From Anaeramoeba ignava BMAN (lineage: Eukaryota > Protista > Anaeramoebae), in assembly GCA_028826165.1 (NCBI GenBank), contig JAPDFW010000098.1, forward strand, positions 175,173-239,172: a stretch of DNA of 64,000 nt, read 5' to 3'. The notes beneath the pieces are model-generated. The model searched no databases. It worked only from the letters and a program-made list of their open reading frames with translations, and had not been told where the DNA came from. A program made the position numbers and the translations under genes. Positions 51,767 to 63,876 of the stretch are shown here, piece after piece (position 1 is the first letter of the stretch; each line of letters starts with the position of its first letter).

Positions 51767-52111
51767 AATTAAAATTAAAATTAAAATTAAAATTAAAATT
51801 AAAATTAAAATTAAAATTAAAATTAAAATTAAAATTAAAATTAGAATTAAAATTAAAATTAAAATTAAAATTAAAATTAAAATTAAAATTAAAATTAAAA
51901 TCAAAATTAAAATTAATATTAAAATTTAAAATTAAATTAAAATTAAAAATTAAAAAATTAAAATCAAAATCAAAATTAAAATCAAAATTAAAATTAAAAT
52001 TTAAATCAAAATTAAAATTTAAATCAAAATCAAAATTAAAATCAAAATCAAAATTAAAATTAAAATTAAAATTAAAATTAAAATTAAAATTAAAATTAAA
52101 ATTAAAATTAA

Positions 52112-53070
52112 AAATATGAGAATAGATTTAAATTAAATACTAAATTGAAATTAATTTTATTTTATATTTATAAATAAAATTAATACACAAAATATATTAT
52201 TATTAATTAATTTCTTGATATTTAATTAATAAAATATTTTAATTAATTTTTAAATAGAATGGAAATAGATTTAAATTAAGTATTAATTTCAAATTAATTT
52301 TTATTTTATATTTATAAATAAAATTAATTATTAGAAAATATATTATTATTAATTAATTTATTGATATTTAATTAATAAAATATTTTAATTAATTTTTAAA
52401 CAAAATGGAAATAGATTTTAAATTAAATATTAATTTGGAATTAATTTTTATTTTATATTTATAAATAAAATTAATACAAGGAAATATATTATTATTAATT
52501 AATTTTTGATATTTAATTAATAAAAATATTTTAATTAATTTTTAAACAAAATGAGAATAGATTTGAATTAAATATTAATTTGGAATTAATTTTTATTTTA
52601 TATTTATAAATAAAATTAATACTAAAAATATATTATTATTAATTAATTTTTGATATTTAATTAATAAAATATTTTAATTAATTTTTAAAACAAAATAGAA
52701 ATAGATTTGAATTTAATATTAATTTGAAATTAATTTTTATTTTATATTTATAAATAAAATTAAAAACACAAATATATTTTTATTAATTAATTTTATTGAT
52801 ATTTAATTAATAAAATATTTTAATTAATTTTTAAATAGAATGGTAATAGATTTAAATTAAATATTAATTTGGAATTAATTTTTATTTTATATTTATAAAT
52901 AAAATTAATTATTAGAAATATATTATTATTAATTAATTTTTTAATATTTAATTAATAAAATATTTTAATTAACTTTTAAACAAAATGGGAATAGATTTAA
53001 ATTTAATATTAATTTGAAATTAATTTTTATTTTATATTTATAAATAAAATTAATACTAAAAAATGGGATA
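52112..53070. repeat. Tandem array of ~145-bp AT-rich units (about 6.5 copies)
   Basis: AATAGATTT recurs at ~52121, 52264, 52410, 52556, 52700, 52845 and 52990. Confidence 0.95.
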
Positions 53071-53273
53071 AATAAATGGAAAAAATTTAAATAAAAAATA
53101 AAAAAGAAATTTTTTCGAATGAAAAAAAAATTTTAACAAAAAATTTAAATTAAAAAATAAAATAAAAATAAAAAGAAAAAATTTAATTAATTTTATTTTC
53201 ATTCTTTTTCTTTTTTAATAAATTTTTATTTTTAAATTTAAATTTTTTTAAAAACAAAAACAAAAACAACAAA

Positions 53274-53852
53274 ATGCAATCAATTAAATGTGTAGTTGTT
53301 GGAGATGGAGCAGTTGGTAAAACATGTTTATTAATATCATATACAACAAATGCATTTCCAGGAGAATATATACCAACAGTATTTGATAATTATTCAGCCA
53401 ATGTAATGGTAGATGGAAAACCAATCAATTTAGGATTATGGGATACAGCAGGACAAGAAGATTACGATAGATTAAGACCATTATCATATCCACAAACGGA
53501 TGTATTTTTGATTTGCTTTTCATTGATTTCACCTTCTTCTTTTGAAAACGTTAGAGCTAAATGGGTTCCTGAAATTCATCATCATTGTTCTAATGTTCCT
53601 ATGATTCTTGTTGGTACTAAGCTTGATTTGAGAGATGACCAAGATACTATCATGAAACTTGAAGAAAAAGGTTTATCTCCTATTAGTTATCAAGCTGGTA
53701 TGGATATGGCTAAAGAAATTAAAGCGGTTAAATATTTGGAATGTTCTGCTTTGACTCAAAAAAATTTGAAAACTGTTTTTGATGAATCTATTCGTGCTGT
53801 TCTTTCTCCTGTTAAACCTGATAAACCAAAAAAGAAATGCTCTATTTTATAA
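53274..53852 (+). CDS. RAC1: Rac1-like Rho GTPase, intronless
   Basis: [50 protein letters not shown]...; CAAX motif CSIL. Confidence 0.97.
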   Translation: MQSIKCVVVGDGAVGKTCLLISYTTNAFPGEYIPTVFDNYSANVMVDGKPINLGLWDTAGQEDYDRLRPLSYPQTDVFLICFSLISPSSFENVRAKWVPEIHHHCSNVPMILVGTKLDLRDDQDTIMKLEEKGLSPISYQAGMDMAKEIKAVKYLECSALTQKNLKTVFDESIRAVLSPVKPDKPKKKCSIL

Positions 53853-54007
53853 TTTTCTTTTTTTTTTAAAAACAAAAACAAAACAATTTTTTTAATAAAA
53901 TATCTTGTTATTGAAAAATCAAAATCAAAACAATTTTTTTATTTTTTTATTTTTGGAATTCTTTTTTTTTTTTGTTCCACTTTTTTCTTTTTTTAAAAAA
54001 ACAAATT

Positions 54008-55782
54008 TATTATTTAAATATTTAACATAAAAATATAAAAAATAAGAATAGATTTAATTTAATATTTAATTTATAAATTAATTTAAAAATATAATTTAAT
54101 ATTTAATTTTATTATTAAAATAATAATTTAATGTTTTAGGTTTAAATATTTTATTATTTAAATATTTAACATATAAATATAAAAAATAAGAATAGATTTA
54201 ATTTAATATTTAATTTATAAATTAATTTAAAAATATAATTTAATATTTAATTTTATTATTAAAATAATAATTTAATGTTTTATATTTAAATATTTTATTA
54301 TTTTAAATATTTAACAAATAAATATAAAAAATGGGAATAGATTTAATTTAATATTTAATTTATAAATTAATTTAAAAATATAATTTAATATTTAATTTTA
54401 TGTTTAAAATAATAATTTAATGTTTTATATTTAAATATTTTGTTATTTAAATATTTAAAATAAAAATATAAAAATAAGAATAGATTTAATTTAATATTTA
54501 ATTTATAAATTAATTTAAAAATATAATTTAATATTTAATTTTATTATTAAAATAATAATTTATTGTTTTTATATTTAAATATTTTATTATTTAAATATTT
54601 AACATAAAAATATAAAAAAATAAGAATAGATTTAATTTAATATTTAATTTATAAATTAATCCCAAAAATATAATTTAATATTTAATTCTATTATTAAAAT
54701 AGTAATTTAATGTTTTAGATTTAAATATTTTATTATTTAAATATTTAACATATAAATATAAAAATAAGAATAGATTTAATTTAATATTTAATTTATAAAT
54801 TAATTTAAAAATATAATTTAATATTTAGTTTTATTATTAAAATAATAATTTATTGTTTTAGATTTAAATATTTTATTATTAAAAATTTAACATATAAATA
54901 TAAAAATAAGAATAGATTTAATTTAATATTTAATTTAGAAATTAATTTAAAAATATAATTTAATATTTAATTTTATTATTAAAATAATAATTTAATGTTT
55001 TAGATTTAAATATTTTATTATTTAAATATTTAACATAAAAATATAAAAAATAAGAATAGATTTAATTTAATATTTAATTTATAAATTAATTTAAAAATAT
55101 AATTTAATATTTAATTCTATTATTAAAATAATAATTTAATGTTTTAGATTTAAATATTTTATTATTTAAAATATTTAACATATAAATATAAAAATAAGAA
55201 TAGATTTAATTTAATATTTAATTTATAAATTAATTTAAAATATAATTTAATATTTAATTTTATTATTAAAATAATAATTTATTGTTTTAGATTTAAATAT
55301 TTTATTATTTAAATATTTAACATATAAAAATGAAAAATGAAAATAGATTTAATTTAATATTTAATTTATAAATTAATTTAAAAATATAATTTAATATTTA
55401 ATTTTATGTTTAAAATATTAATTTAATGTTTTAAATTTAAATATTTTATTATTTAAATATTTAACATATAAATATCAAAAATAAGAATAGATTTAATTTA
55501 ATATTTAATTTATAAACTAATTTAAAAATATAATTTAATATTTAATTTTATTATTAAAATAATAATTTAATGTTTTAGATTTAATTATTTTATTATTTAA
55601 ATATTTAACATAAAAATATAAAAATGGAAATAGATTTAATTTAATATTTAATTTATAAATTAATTTAAAAATATAATTTAATATTTAATTTATAAATTAA
55701 TTTAAAAATATAATTTAATAATTAATTTTATGTTTAAAATAATAATTTATTGTTTTAGATTTAAATATTTTATTATTTAAAA
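54008..55782. repeat. Tandem array of ~144-bp AT-rich units (about 12 copies)
   Basis: GAATAGATTTAATTTAATATT recurs at ~54046, 54190, 54335, 54478, 54624, 54768, 54910, 55054, 55198 and beyond. Confidence 0.95.
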
Positions 55783-56195
55783 ATATTTTGAAAATTGATT
55801 TTTGAAATTAAAATTTTATCTTTTTTTTGAATTAAATTGAATTAATATTAATTTGGAAATTTGTTTTAAAATTTAAATTTATTAATAATTTTTAAATTCC
55901 AAAAAAAAAAATTAAATTAAAAATTAAATTAAAATAATTTTCCTTTTTTTTTTAATAATAAAAATTAATAAAAAATAATAATAATTTATTAATAAATTAA
56001 TTTAAAATAATAAATTAAAAAGAAAATTAAATTAATTATTAATTTAAATTTATTCTTATTTTTTATATTTTTATTTATTTTCAAAATCCACTTTTTATTC
56101 ATTTTTTTATTAAATTTTTTTTTTCATTTTTTTCCTTTTTTTTTTAAAAACAAAAAACAAAAATACAAAAACAAAAACACAGAAACAAAAACAAA

Positions 56196-57912
56196 ATGGA
56201 TAACAATAATAATAACCAAATTGAAAATGAAAATGAAAATGAAAATGAAATGAAAAATTTAGAAAAAAAAGGTAACAAAAAATTTAATTAAAGATTATTC
56301 AAACCTTTTAAATGGAAATTCATTTAAAGATTTTTCAATTTTTGTTGAGAATAAATCAAATCCTTTTGAAATTAAAGTTCATAAATCAATTTTATCTTCA
56401 AGATCTCCTTTTTTTAATGAGTCATTAAGGCAAGAATCTCTTTCTATTTTTTTAAATCAATTTAATAAAAAAGAAATGGAATCAATTTTGAGTTATATTT
56501 ATTATGGAAATATTTCTTTTGAGAATCAAGAAAATCTTATTCAATTATTAGAAATTTCAATTTATTTTAAATTAAATTTATTGAAAGAAATTATTCAAAA
56601 AAAAATTTCAAATTCAATTAATTATTCAAATTTTTTCCAATTTTTATTCCAAAATCGAAATTTAAATTCAAATGAAATTGAAATAAAATGTTTTGAATTA
56701 ATAAATCAAAATTTTTCCCAAATTCAGAATAATGAGAATTTATTCAATTTAACTAAAGAAGAAATTATCAAATTTATTCAATTTAAACAAGAAAAAAAAG
56801 AAATTTTTCAATTTGATTTTTTTCAATTTTTAAATAATTGGATTAAAAAAAGGGTTAATTCATTAAAATTAAAGAAAGAAAAAGAAAAAGAAAAAGAAAA
56901 GGGAATTGAAAAGAAAAGATTATTTCATTCTTTTTTTTCATTATTTGATAAAGATTCAATTTCAAAACAAGATTTTGATAAATTAAAACAATTTGATTTT
57001 TTTCTTCCAAATTCTTTTTTAGTTTATATTCAAAACAAAGTTATTCAAGATAATCAAAAAGAGATTGAAAACCAAAAGAAAGAAAAAGAAATTGAAGAGA
57101 AATGGAAGAAAGAGGTTGAGAATAAAAATAAAGAAATTGAAGAGAAATGGAAGAAAGAAATTGAAGAGAAATGGAAGAAAGAAGTTGAAGAGAAATGGAA
57201 GAAAGAAGTTGAAGATAAAAACAAAGAAATTGAAGATAAAAACAAAGAAATTGAAGATAAAAACAAAGAAATTGAGAAAATGAAACCTATTTTTGATAAA
57301 TATCGAGATCAATACCAAAAATATTTGGAATATGAACAACAAATGAAAGAATTGGAAAAAGTATTTTCAGATTCAGAAATTATTCAAGATATTGAATATG
57401 TTAAGAAATTACAAGAATGGATAAATGATAATGATTTTTTTTCTAAAATGAAAAAAGGATTTTCAGCAAAAAGAGATGGATTTTCTTGTCAAAATTGGCA
57501 TAAAGCAGTTGATGGGAAAGGAAAAACATTAGTTATTATCAAAACAAAAGATAATTTTATTTTTGGAGGTTTTACTCAAGTTGGATTTAATGGAGATAAA
57601 GGAAACATTTATGATTCAAATGCATTTATTTTTTCATTAAGAAATGATAAAGGAGATAGAATACCTGAAAAGTTTACACATAAACAAGGTCGTGCAATTT
57701 TGTCTAGTTTAAGTTATGGTCCAAGTTTTGGTGGATATGGTGGATATTATGATTTTCAATTATCTTCTAATTTACAACCTGGTTGTTCAGAATTTGGTCA
57801 TACTTATCATCTTCCTAATGGAATTACTTATAATTCAAATGAAGCTCAAAGTTATTTAGCTGGTTCTTATGATAAATGGGTTGTTGATGAAGTTGAAACT
57901 TATTTTATTTAA
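56196..57912 (+). CDS. BTB-coiled-coil-TLDc protein
   Basis: KDFSIF...KVHKSILSSRSPFF...LSYIYYG (BTB), (EIEEKWKK)n coiled coil, WHKAVDGKGKTLVIIKTKDNFIFGGFT...AFIFSL...EVETY (TLDc). Frame break at ~56270. Confidence 0.85.
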
Positions 57913-58379
57913 AAATTAATTAATAATAAGAAAATCAAACTTTTTTTTTTAATTTTTTTTTTCAAAATTTAATTCAATTTTAATTTACTTTTAATCAAAT
58001 TAATTTCTTTAAAATAATAAATAAGAAACAAATTTAATTTTAAATAATTTAATTTTAATTTAAAATATTTATTAAAAATTTAATTAATAAAAATAATCCA
58101 AAAAAAAAATAATAAATTTTAAAAATTGAATATTTTTAATATAATAAATAAAAATAAAAATTGAAAATAGAAATTAATAATAATTAAATTTAAATTCATT
58201 AATTAAAATATTAAAATAAAAAAAATCAAATAAAATTTATTATTAATTAATATTTAAATATTAATAAATTATAATCAAAATCAAAAATAGAATAATTAGT
58301 AAATTATTTTTTTAGAAAGTTTATCTTATTCAATCATGTTAAATTCAATTTATTTAAAATTTTTTAATTTTTTAATTTT

Positions 58380-58875
58380 ATTTTTTAATATATTTTATTA
58401 TAATTAAAATTGGAATAATAAATAATTAAAAATATTAATATAATAAATAAAAATATTATATCAAATTAAATTAAAATAAATTTAAATTAAATTATTATTA
58501 AATATTATTAAAATTAAATATTTATCTTTATTAAAATATTTATTCCACTTTTTTTAATATATTTTATTATAATTAAAATTGGAATAATAAATAATCAAAA
58601 ATATTAATATAATAAATAAAAATATTATTTCAAATTAAAATAAAATAAATTTAAATTAAATTATTATTAAATATTATTAAAATTAAATATTTATTTTTAT
58701 TAAAATATTTATTCCACTTTTTAATATATTTTATTATAATTAAAATTGGAATAATAAATAATTAAAAATATTAATTTAATAAATAAAAATATTATTTCAA
58801 ATTAAAATAAAATAAATTTAAATTAAATTATTGTTAAATATTATTAAAATTAAATATATATCTTTATTAAAATAT
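58380..58875. repeat. Tandem array of ~168-bp units (about 3 copies)
   Basis: TGGAATAATAAATAA recurs at ~58411, 58580 and 58748. Confidence 0.85.
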
Positions 58876-58889
58876 TTCAATTTTCTTCT

Positions 58890-59456
58890 CAATTTTATTA
58901 AATTATTGGGAATTATTTTATATTATTTTAAATAAAGAAATATTAATAAAATATATAAAATATGATTAATTTTAAATTTAATTATTTAATATTCTTTATT
59001 CTATTTTGAAATAAATTAATTAAAAATATTTTATTAATTTTATTAAATTATTGGGAATAATTTTATATTATTTTAAATAAAGAAATATTAATAAAATATA
59101 TAAAATATAATTAATTTTAAATTTAATTATTTAATATTCTTTATTCCATTTTTGAAATAAATTAATTAAAATATTTTATCAATTTTATTAAATTATTGGG
59201 AATAATTTTATATTATTTTAAATAAAGAAATATTAATAAAATATATAAAATAAAGAATTAATTTTAAATTTAATTATTTAATATTCTTTATTTCATTTTT
59301 GAAATAAATTAATCAAAATATTTTATTTATTTTATTAAATTATTGGGAATAATTTTATATTATTTTAAATAAATAAATATTAATAAAATATATAAAATAT
59401 AATTATTTCTAAATTTAATTATTTAATATTCTTTATTCCATTTTTGAAATAAATTA
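58890..59456. repeat. Tandem array of ~145-bp units (about 4 copies)
   Basis: TTATTGGGAAT recurs with its GGG at ~58908, 59053, 59198 and 59345. Confidence 0.9.
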
Positions 59457-59773
59457 ATGAAAAAGATTTTATTATTGAAAGAAAAGAAAAACAATATAAA
59501 TTTCCTAAATTAATATTAATAATGAGAAGTAAATTATTCCGAGAAAAGTTTTTATCAGTAACAGAAGATAAATCAAATAAAGTTACAGATTATAGTGAAT
59601 TAAGTAATAAATCATTTCAAATATTTGAATATTGGATTTATTCAAATCAAATTAAAGAAGAAATTCAAATTACACAAGAAATAATTGAAGAATTAGAAAC
59701 AGGAATTGATTATTTTCAATTAAATCAAACAAATCCAAATTTATTTGATTTATTAATTAAAATTAAAATTTAA
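59456..59773 (+). pseudogene. 3' fragment of an RCC1-BTB paralog (second BTB only)
   Basis: Homology starts abruptly at AATGAAAAAGATTTT (NEKDF), directly after the 145-bp array. Confidence 0.85.
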
Positions 59774-59888
59774 ATTTAAATTAAAATTAAAATTAAAATT
59801 AAAATTAAAATCAAAATTAAAATTAAAATTAAAATTAAAATTAAAATTAAAATTCCAAAATCATTTTTTCATTTTTTTCTTTTCAAAA

Positions 59889-61723
59889 ATGAATGATTGT
59901 TTATTTTTTGGTTATAATAAAGAACCAATTCTTATAAAAAATGAACCAAACAAAATAATAAAACCAATCCAATTTAAATTTGAAAATGAAAATGAAAATG
60001 AAAATGAAAATGAAAATGAAAATGAAAATGAAAATGAAAATGAAAATGAAAATGAAAAACAAATTAAACAAATTTCATCAGGTTATTTTCAACAATTTTC
60101 CTTTTTAAAAATGGAAAAGCAATAGAATATTTAAATGAAAATGATTCAAAACAAAATCCTGAAAAAATCCAAATTGAAGAAAATATTCAAAAAGTAACTG
60201 TTGATTATCGAAATGAAGCTATTTTAACAATAGAAGGAAATGTATTTGCCAAAGGAAAAGATATTAATCCAAAAAATCCAAATGAATTTATCAATATTTC
60301 ATCATTAATTGAAGATACAAATGATAGAATAATTGAAGATATTGTTTCTGGAGGTTTTTCATTTTACTTATTAACTTCGAATCAAAATGTTTATGGAATT
60401 GGTTCAAATTATTTTGGTCAACTTGGTTTTGATTCTGAAACACTTAAAAAAGCAGAAAAACCAATTTTAATGATGAAAAATATTTCTAAAATATTTTCAG
60501 GAATTTCTTGTTATCATGTTTTTCTTTTAAATTCAAATCAAGAATTATTTGGATGCGGAAATAACGAGAATGGTCGACTTGGCTTAGGAGAATCAAGAAA
60601 AGAAGAAACAAAAATTCAAAAATTAACCAAAATCCAAAATATTCCAAAAGGTAAAATAATTGATATTCAATGTGGAGTTTTTCATTCAATAATGTTGATT
60701 GAAAATGAAAATGAAAATGAAAATGAAAATGAAAATCCAAAAAGAAAACTTTATTCATGTGGATATTGCAGATATAATGGACTTAGTAAAGAAAACGAAG
60801 ATACTTATGAATTTACTGAAATCAAATCATCTTTATTTGAAAATGATGATAATATTCTTGATATTTCTGTTGGAGATTCTCATAATTTAGTTTTCACAAC
60901 TCAAGGAAAACTTTTAGGATTTGGAAGAAATTTATTTAATCAATTAGGAATTGTAAATACACAAGATAAATTTATCCCAATTCAAATTGAACTTCCTAAA
61001 TTAAGATTTAATGAAAATATTTCCAATTATCATATTTCTTGTGGATATCGAAATTCGTTTCTTTATTATTCTCCTCTTTCTTTTTCCAATCTTGAAGAAG
61101 ATTTGATAAAATTATTTGAAAGAAAAGAATTTTGTGATATTTCATTTAAAACCAAAAATGGAGAAATAATTGAAGCTCATAAATTAATATTGAAATATAG
61201 ATTAAATCAAAATGAAAATCAAATTGAAAAACTTCAAGAAATTATTTCAAAAAAATCAATTAAAGAATCAAATCAAATATTTGAAATGATTTATTCAAAC
61301 AATTCCAAAATAAATCCAAAATTATATTCTGAAATTAAAGAAATTATAAATTCAAATGAAAAAATTGAAGAAACAATGAAAAGAATTTATTTAAATGAAA
61401 ATGAAAATGAAAAAGATTTTATAATTGAAAGAAAAGAAAAACAATATAAATTTCCAAAATTAATATTAATAATGAGAAGTGAATTATATCGAGGAATGTT
61501 TTTATCTGTAACTGAAGATAAATCTAATAAAGTTACAGATTATAGTGAATTAAGTAATAAATCATTTCAAATATTTGAATATTGGATTTATTCAAATCAA
61601 ATTAAAGATGAAATTCAAATTACACAAGAAATAATTGAAGAATTAGAAAGAGGAATTGATTATTTTCAATTAAATCAAACAAATCCAAATTTATTTGATT
61701 TATTAATTAAAATTAAAATTTAA
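59889..61723 (+). CDS. RCC1-BTB protein, paralog 5 (1-nt frameshift at ~60087)
   Basis: Two ORFs join by restoring one T in a T-run (TATTTTCAACA versus TATTTTTCAACA in paralog 3). Error or pseudogene. Confidence 0.75.
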
Positions 61724-61909
61724 TAATCAAAATTAAAATTAAAATTAAAATTAAAATTAAAATTAAAATTAAAATTTAAAAATTAAAATTAAAATTAAAA
61801 TTAAAATTAAAATTAAAATTAAAATTCAAAATTAAAATTAAAATTAAAATTAAAATTAAAATTAAAATTAAAATTCCAAAATCATTTTTTCATTTTTTTC
61901 TTTTCAAAA

Positions 61910-63657
61910 ATGAATGATTGTTTATTTTTTGGTTTTAATAATTATCCAATTCTTTTCAAAAATGAACCAAATAAAATAACAAAATCAATTCAATTTAAAT
62001 TTGAAAATGAAAATAAATTTGAAAATGAAAAACAAATTAAACAAATTTCAACAAGTGAATTTTCAACAATTTTCCTTTTCAAAAATGGAAAAGCAATAGA
62101 ATATTTAGACGAAAATGATCCAAATCAAAATCCTCAAAAAATCCAAATTGAAGAAAATATTCAAAAAGTATCTTTTGGTTATCATAATGAAGCTATTTTA
62201 ACAATAGAAGGAAATGTATTTGCCAAAGGAATTGATATTAATTCAAATAATCCAAAAGAATTTATCAATATTTCATCATTAATTGAAGATAAAAATGATA
62301 GAATAATTCAAGATATTGTTTCAGGAAATAGTTCAATTTACTTATTAACTTCGAATCAAAATGTTTATGGAATTGGTTTGAATTATTCTAGTCAACTTGG
62401 TTTTGATTCTAAAGCACTTTATAAAACAGAAAAACCAATTTTAATGATGAAAAATGTTTCTAAAATATTTTTAGGAAGTACTTCAAATCATGTTTTTCTT
62501 TTAAATTCAAATCAAGAATTATTTGGATGCGGAGATAATAATTATGGTCAACTTGGATTAGGAGAATCAAGAAAAGAAACAAAAATCCAAAAATTAACTC
62601 AAATCCAAAATATTCCAAAAGGTAAAATAATTGATATTCAATGTGGTGTTTCTTTTTCAATAATGTTGATTGAAAATGAAAATGAAAATGAAGATCTAAA
62701 AAGAAAACTTTATTCATGTGGATATTCTCAATTTAATGGACTTGGCAAAGAAGATGAAAATACTTATAAATTTACTGAAATCAAATCATCTTTATTTGAA
62801 AATGATGATATTCTTGTTGAAATTTCTGTTGGAAATGCTCATACTTTGATTTTAACTTCCAATTCAAAATTAATAGTATTTGGATATAATAGATATGGTC
62901 AATTAGGAACTGAAGATACAAAAGAAATACAATTAATCCCAATTCAAATTGAACTTCCTAAATTAAGATTTAATGAAAATATTTCTAATTATCATATTTC
63001 TTGTGGATATCGAAATTCATTTATTTATTATTCTCCTCTTTCTTTTTCCAATATTGAAGAAGATTTGATAAAACTATTTGAAAGAAAAGAATTTTGTGAT
63101 ATTTCATTTAAAACCAAAAATGGAGAAATAATTGAAGCTCATAAATTAATATTGAAATATAGATTAAATCAAAATCAAAATCAAAATGAAAAACTTCAAG
63201 AAATTATTTCAAAAAAATCAATTAAAGAATCAAATCAAATATTTGAAATGATTTATTCAAACAATTCCAAAATAAATCCAAAATTATATTCTGAAATTAA
63301 AGAAATTATAAATTCAAATGAAAAAATTGAAGAAACAATGAAAAGAATTTATTTAAATGAAAATGAAAAAGATTTTATAATTGAAAGAAAAGAAAAACAA
63401 TATAAATTTCCTAAATTAATATTAATAATGAGAAGTGAATTATATCGAGGAATGTTTTTATCTGTACAGAAGATAAATCTAATAAAGTTACAGATTATAG
63501 TGAATTAAGTAATAAATCATTTCAAATATTTGAATATTGGATTTATTCAAATCAAATTAAAGATGAAATTCAAATTACACAAGAAATAATTAATGAAATT
63601 CAAATTGGAATTGATTATTTTCAATTAAAATCAAAATTAAAATTAAAATTAAAATAA
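61910..63657 (+). CDS. RCC1-BTB protein, paralog 6 (frameshift at ~63466; last ~15 codons replaced by microsatellite)
   Basis: TCTGTACAGAA versus TCTGTAACAGAA in paralog 4. Homology continues to DYFQL and then runs into (AAAATT)n. Confidence 0.75.
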
Positions 63658-63876
63658 AAATCAAAATTAAAATTAAAATTAAAATTAAAATTAAAATTAA
63701 AATTAAAATTAAAATTAAAATTAAAATTAAAATTAAAATTAAAATTAAAATTAAAATTAAAATTAAAATTAAAATTAAAATTAAAATTAAAATCAAAATT
63801 AAAATTAAAATTAAAATTAAAATTAAAATTAAAATTAAAATTAAAATTCATTTTTTTCATTTTTTTCTTTTCAAAA

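Noticed and set aside
45775-53852. TAA reassigned to Gln, suggested by AATTAA/AATCAA interchange
   Set aside because: TAA ends Rac1 right after the CAAX motif and Rab after CC, and conserved exons contain no in-frame TAA or TAG.
37880-59456. CRISPR-like repeat-spacer arrays
   Set aside because: Whole units are repeated with no unique spacers, there are no cas genes, and the context is eukaryotic.
18605-63470. Programmed frameshifting or pseudogenisation at ~18610, 21225, 40700, 60087 and 63466
   Set aside because: All fall in homopolymers or simple repeats and are most simply read-level indel errors. They cannot be resolved without reads.
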